Assembly (NCBI GenBank): GCA_049472315.1
Contig: JBLIRN010000066.1
Location: forward strand, 1 to 15,054
Origin: a bacterium
Lineage (GTDB): Bacteria; SZUA-182; DTGQ01; JAFGSM01
Direction of reading: 5' to 3'
Length of the DNA stretch: 15,054 bases
Shown here piece by piece: positions 12,453 to 15,054 of the stretch. How positions within the stretch are numbered: the stretch's first letter is position 1; each line of letters begins with the position of its first letter. Under the pieces are notes generated by a model. The model saw only the letters and a list, made by a program, of their open reading frames with translations, was not told where the DNA came from and did not search any database. Made by a program: the position numbers and the translations under genes.

Positions 12453-12495
12453 TGTAGTACCTCTACGTCAAGAAAATGGTATCGTTCGGTTGCTC

Positions 12496-13200
12496 TCATC
12501 GGAACATGTTTCTGATCTGCACCACATCCAGTTTCACTCCCGGCCCCATCGTGCTGGCAATGGCAAGGTTCTTTATGTACTGTCCCTTGCTGGTGGAAGG
12601 CTTCAGCTTGATCACCGCATCGATAAAGGCGGATGCATTATCCATGAGCTGCTGGGCGTTCAAGGAAATCTTGCCTATAGACACATGGAGGATACCGTTT
12701 TTCTCCACCTTGAAATCGACCTTCCCCTTTTTGATCTCCTGGATGACACGTGCAACATCGAAGGTGACGGTGCCGGTTTTCGGGTTGGGCATCAGCCCCC
12801 GGGGGCCCAGTATCTTTCCCAGCTTACCCACGCTGCTCATCATATCGGGGGTTGCAACGGTCCGGTCGAATTCGAGCCACCCTCCGCGGATCTTCTCCAC
12901 CAGTTCGTCGCCACCGACGTAATCCGCACCGGCCTCCTGCGCCTCCTTCTCCTTTTCTCCCTTTGCGAAAACGAGTATTCGTAATGTCTTTCCCGTTCCG
13001 TGGGGGAGCACCACCGTACCCCTGACCATCTGATCCGCCTTTCGAGGATTGACCCCCAAAACAACGGCAATATCGACGGATTCATCGAATTTTGTCTGCG
13101 GCATGCCCTTGATCAGGGAGATGGCATCATTCAACTCATACCTCTTCCCCGGCTCGATCAACGCCTTCGCCGTGGTATACCTCTTACCTCTCTTTTTCAT
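12496..13200 (-). CDS. rplA: 50S ribosomal protein L1 (uL1)
   Basis: [44 protein letters not shown]. Confidence 0.99.
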   Translation of the reverse strand: MKKRGKRYTTAKALIEPGKRYELNDAISLIKGMPQTKFDESVDIAVVLGVNPRKADQMVRGTVVLPHGTGKTLRILVFAKGEKEKEAQEAGADYVGGDELVEKIRGGWLEFDRTVATPDMMSSVGKLGKILGPRGLMPNPKTGTVTFDVARVIQEIKKGKVDFKVEKNGILHVSIGKISLNAQQLMDNASAFIDAVIKLKPSTSKGQYIKNLAIASTMGPGVKLDVVQIRNMFR

Positions 13201-13221
13201 AATCCTTTTCCTTCGGTTACC

Positions 13222-13647
13222 TTAATCCTTGATCTCAATACCCATACTCCGGGCGGTACCCCTAATGATCGCTATCGCACCTGCGAGGTCCACTGCATTC
13301 AAATCAGGCATCTTGGTCTTGGCAATCTCTTCGACGTCCTTAGAGGTTACGGAGCCGACCTTGTTTCGGTTCGGTTCGCCGGATGCCTTTGCGATCCCCG
13401 CCGCCTTCTTGAGGAGAATCGCCGCAGGGGGTGTCTTGGTGATGAAACTGAATGTTCGATCCGCATATACCGAGATGACCACCGGGATAATCATCCCCTC
13501 CTGCGTCTTTGTCCTTTCATTGAAATTTTTGCAGAATTCCATGATATTGACCCCATGCTGTCCGAGGGCGGGCCCCACGGGTGGCGAGGGGGTGGCCTTA
13601 CCGGCCGGAACCTGCAGTTTGATTTGAGCAATAACCTTTTTCGCCAT
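13222..13647 (-). CDS. rplK: 50S ribosomal protein L11 (uL11)
   Basis: [46 protein letters not shown] upstream. Confidence 0.99.
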   Translation of the reverse strand: MAKKVIAQIKLQVPAGKATPSPPVGPALGQHGVNIMEFCKNFNERTKTQEGMIIPVVISVYADRTFSFITKTPPAAILLKKAAGIAKASGEPNRNKVGSVTSKDVEEIAKTKMPDLNAVDLAGAIAIIRGTARSMGIEIKD

Positions 13648-13668
13648 ACTCCGTTCTCCTCAACCCGT

Positions 13669-14211
13669 CTATATCTTTTCAACCTGGTAAAAGTCCAATT
13701 CCACCGGCGTGGAGCGCCCGAATATACTCACCAGTACATTGAGCTTTTCCCTGTCCACATTTATCTCGTCCACCTGGCCGGTAAAACTTGCAAAGGGGCC
13801 ATCGATGATCTTCACCCGTTCCCCTTTCTCAAACAATACCTTGGGCCTGGGTTTACTCTTTCCCGTTTCCATTTGATCGAGAATGGTATCGATCTCGTCC
13901 CTGGTCATGGCGGTGGGTCTATTGCCGGCGCCCAGAAAGCCGGTGACCTTCGGCGTGTTCTTGATGGCATACCAGACATCGTCGCTCATCTCCATCTCGA
14001 TCATGACATATCCGGGAAAGATCTTGCGCGTGGCGAGCTGCTTTTGTCCCTTTCTCAACTCGAATATGTCCTCCGTGGGGATGAGGACCTGTTTTACGAA
14101 GTGGTCCAATCCAAGATGCTTAAGCCTCTGTTCGATGTTTTTCTTCACCTTATTCTCAAAACCGGAATAGGTGTGAATCACGTACCAAGCGGTGTTCAAT
14201 TCTTCTTTCAC
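13669..14211 (-). CDS. nusG: Transcription elongation factor NusG, GTG start
   Basis: NGN domain WYVIHTYSGFENKVK, FPGYV, NTPKVTGF. KOW domain GERVKIIDGPF..F.G, VSIFGRSTPVEL. SD AGAGGT at 14221-14226. Confidence 0.99.
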   Translation of the reverse strand: MKEELNTAWYVIHTYSGFENKVKKNIEQRLKHLGLDHFVKQVLIPTEDIFELRKGQKQLATRKIFPGYVMIEMEMSDDVWYAIKNTPKVTGFLGAGNRPTAMTRDEIDTILDQMETGKSKPRPKVLFEKGERVKIIDGPFASFTGQVDEINVDREKLNVLVSIFGRSTPVELDFYQVEKI

Positions 14212-14244
14212 GTTACGAATACCTCTGTCTTCGCTGAGATCAGA

Positions 14245-14430
14245 CTACTTAATAACCATTCCGACAAGCTTACTCAAGCCCACGTCGACCAGGTAGAGAA
14301 AAAGGGTGATAACGGCGGTGGCGATCAGCACCACAATGGTGGAATTGATAACCTCTCTCCTCCCGGGCCACGACACCTTTTTTAACTCGTTTTTGACCTC
14401 TTTGAAAAACTGGATCATCTTTTTAAACAT
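14245..14430 (-). CDS. secE: Preprotein translocase subunit SecE (short, single-TM type)
   Basis: FFKEVKNELKKVSWP motif followed by one hydrophobic segment (TIVVLIATAVITLFLYLVD). Directly upstream of nusG. Confidence 0.96.
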   Translation of the reverse strand: MFKKMIQFFKEVKNELKKVSWPGRREVINSTIVVLIATAVITLFLYLVDVGLSKLVGMVIK

Positions 14431-14668
14431 GTCTTCAATAACCCCTGTATGGTAAGCACTCTGTTGCCTGGGTTGAGATCATTTTGTAACGTCATTGCAT
14501 AGTATGAAACCGTCCGTTTTACAACGCCCCCAATGTCCGCTTCGGCGTTATACGGTGCCTGCTGCCATGGTGCCCTTCCGTGCACCGCTACGGTCCCTTT
14601 CCGCCCGCTAATCCAGCCACCTTGCGGCGGCAGTCAACTTGTATACGGTGAAATAAAAATTTGTTACA

Positions 14669-14742
14669 CAGGCCAGGAGGGATTCGAACCCCCAACACCC
14701 GGATTTGGAGTCCGGTGCTCTGACCGTTAGAGCTACTGGCCT
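14669..14742 (-). tRNA. trnW: tRNA-Trp (anticodon CCA), 3' CCA not encoded
   Basis: Cloverleaf: acceptor AGGCCAG/CTGGCCT plus discriminator G, D arm GCTC/GAGC, anticodon arm CCGGA-CTCCAAA-TCCGG (anticodon 14706-14708), T loop TTCGAAT. Followed by TGT, not CCA. Canonical rpmG-trnW-secE position. Confidence 0.97.
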
Positions 14743-14890
14743 ATTTTGTTTCCTTGTGTACCGTATGGGTCCGACAAAAACGGCAAAACTTTTTTAACTG
14801 CAACTTGTCAGGATGTTTCCTTTTGTCCTTTGTTTTGGAATAGTTTTTCTGCTTGCACTCGGAACAGGACAAGGTAATGATCTCTCTCAT
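14741..14890 (-). CDS. rpmG: 50S ribosomal protein L33 (bL33), zinc-binding C+ form, 49 aa (not in ORF track)
   Basis: Manual translation MREIITLSCSECKQKNYSKTKDKRKHPDKLQLKKFCRFCRTHTVHKETK*. Two CxxC pairs (CSEC, CRFC) and the L33 C-terminal HKETK. Confidence 0.97.
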   Translation of the reverse strand: MREIITLSCSECKQKNYSKTKDKRKHPDKLQLKKFCRFCRTHTVHKETK

Positions 14891-14976
14891 GCGTCTGTTT
14901 CATCCTTTCCTGCATGGCGTCGAGGAACCTGCAATGCCTCCTCCATGCCGGCAGTAAACGATCTCTTTTATGCCTT

Positions 14977-15054
14977 CTACTCGATAATCTCGCTGACCAC
15001 GCCGGCGCCGACAGTGCGGCCGCCCTCGCGGATGGCGAAACGCAGCTCCTTTTC
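14977..15054 (-). CDS. tuf: Elongation factor Tu, 3' fragment of a second copy (runs off the right edge)
   Basis: Manual translation EKELRFAIREGGRTVGAGVVSEIIE*, the EF-Tu C-terminal signature. Confidence 0.98.
   Translation of the reverse strand, partial: EKELRFAIREGGRTVGAGVVSEIIE

Noticed and set aside
13000..14385. 461-aa plus-strand ORF, and other long antisense ORFs (3333-4343, 4479-5267, 8795-10111, 10838-11965)
   Set aside because: They lie antisense to universally conserved genes, show no recognisable motifs, and are the expected shadow ORFs of GC-rich codon usage.
14533..14730. 65-aa plus-strand ORF in the trnW-secE spacer
   Set aside because: It runs antisense through the tRNA, has no SD and has no recognisable protein features.
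14431..14742. tRNA-Trp as an integration site for a prophage or island
   Set aside because: No integrase and no duplicated tRNA 3' end; rpmG-trnW-secE synteny is intact.
14669..14742. Possible UGA recoding or suppressor tRNA-Trp
   Set aside because: The anticodon is the standard CCA, TGA serves as the stop for rplA and rpoC, and the conserved genes translate full length without in-frame TGA.

Overview
A compact housekeeping region, entirely on the minus strand, forming the classic bacterial transcription/translation supercluster. In transcription order (right to left): tuf (3' end only), rpmG, tRNA-Trp(CCA), secE, nusG, rplK, rplA, rplJ, rplL, rpoB, rpoC, rpsL, rpsG, fusA, tuf (5' end only). 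rpmG, the tRNA and both tuf fragments are missing from the ORF track and were read by hand. I found no mobile element, CRISPR array, intron, intein or accessory gene, and no new multi-gene system I can support. The points worth following up are small-scale: (1) the rpmG stop codon overlaps the first two bases of tRNA-Trp, so RNase P would cut inside the stop codon; (2) the str-operon EF-G has atypical switch I and domain IV motifs; (3) several normally near-invariant RNA polymerase residues are substituted; (4) four spacers are structured (rpsL leader, trnW-secE, rplL-rpoB, rplJ-rplL); (5) there is no room for a canonical L10 leader; (6) the window is bounded by two tuf copies, probably an assembly break. 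By eye the proteins resemble Acidobacteriota/Methylomirabilota/Nitrospinota/deltaproteobacterial-grade lineages, which is an unverified impression.
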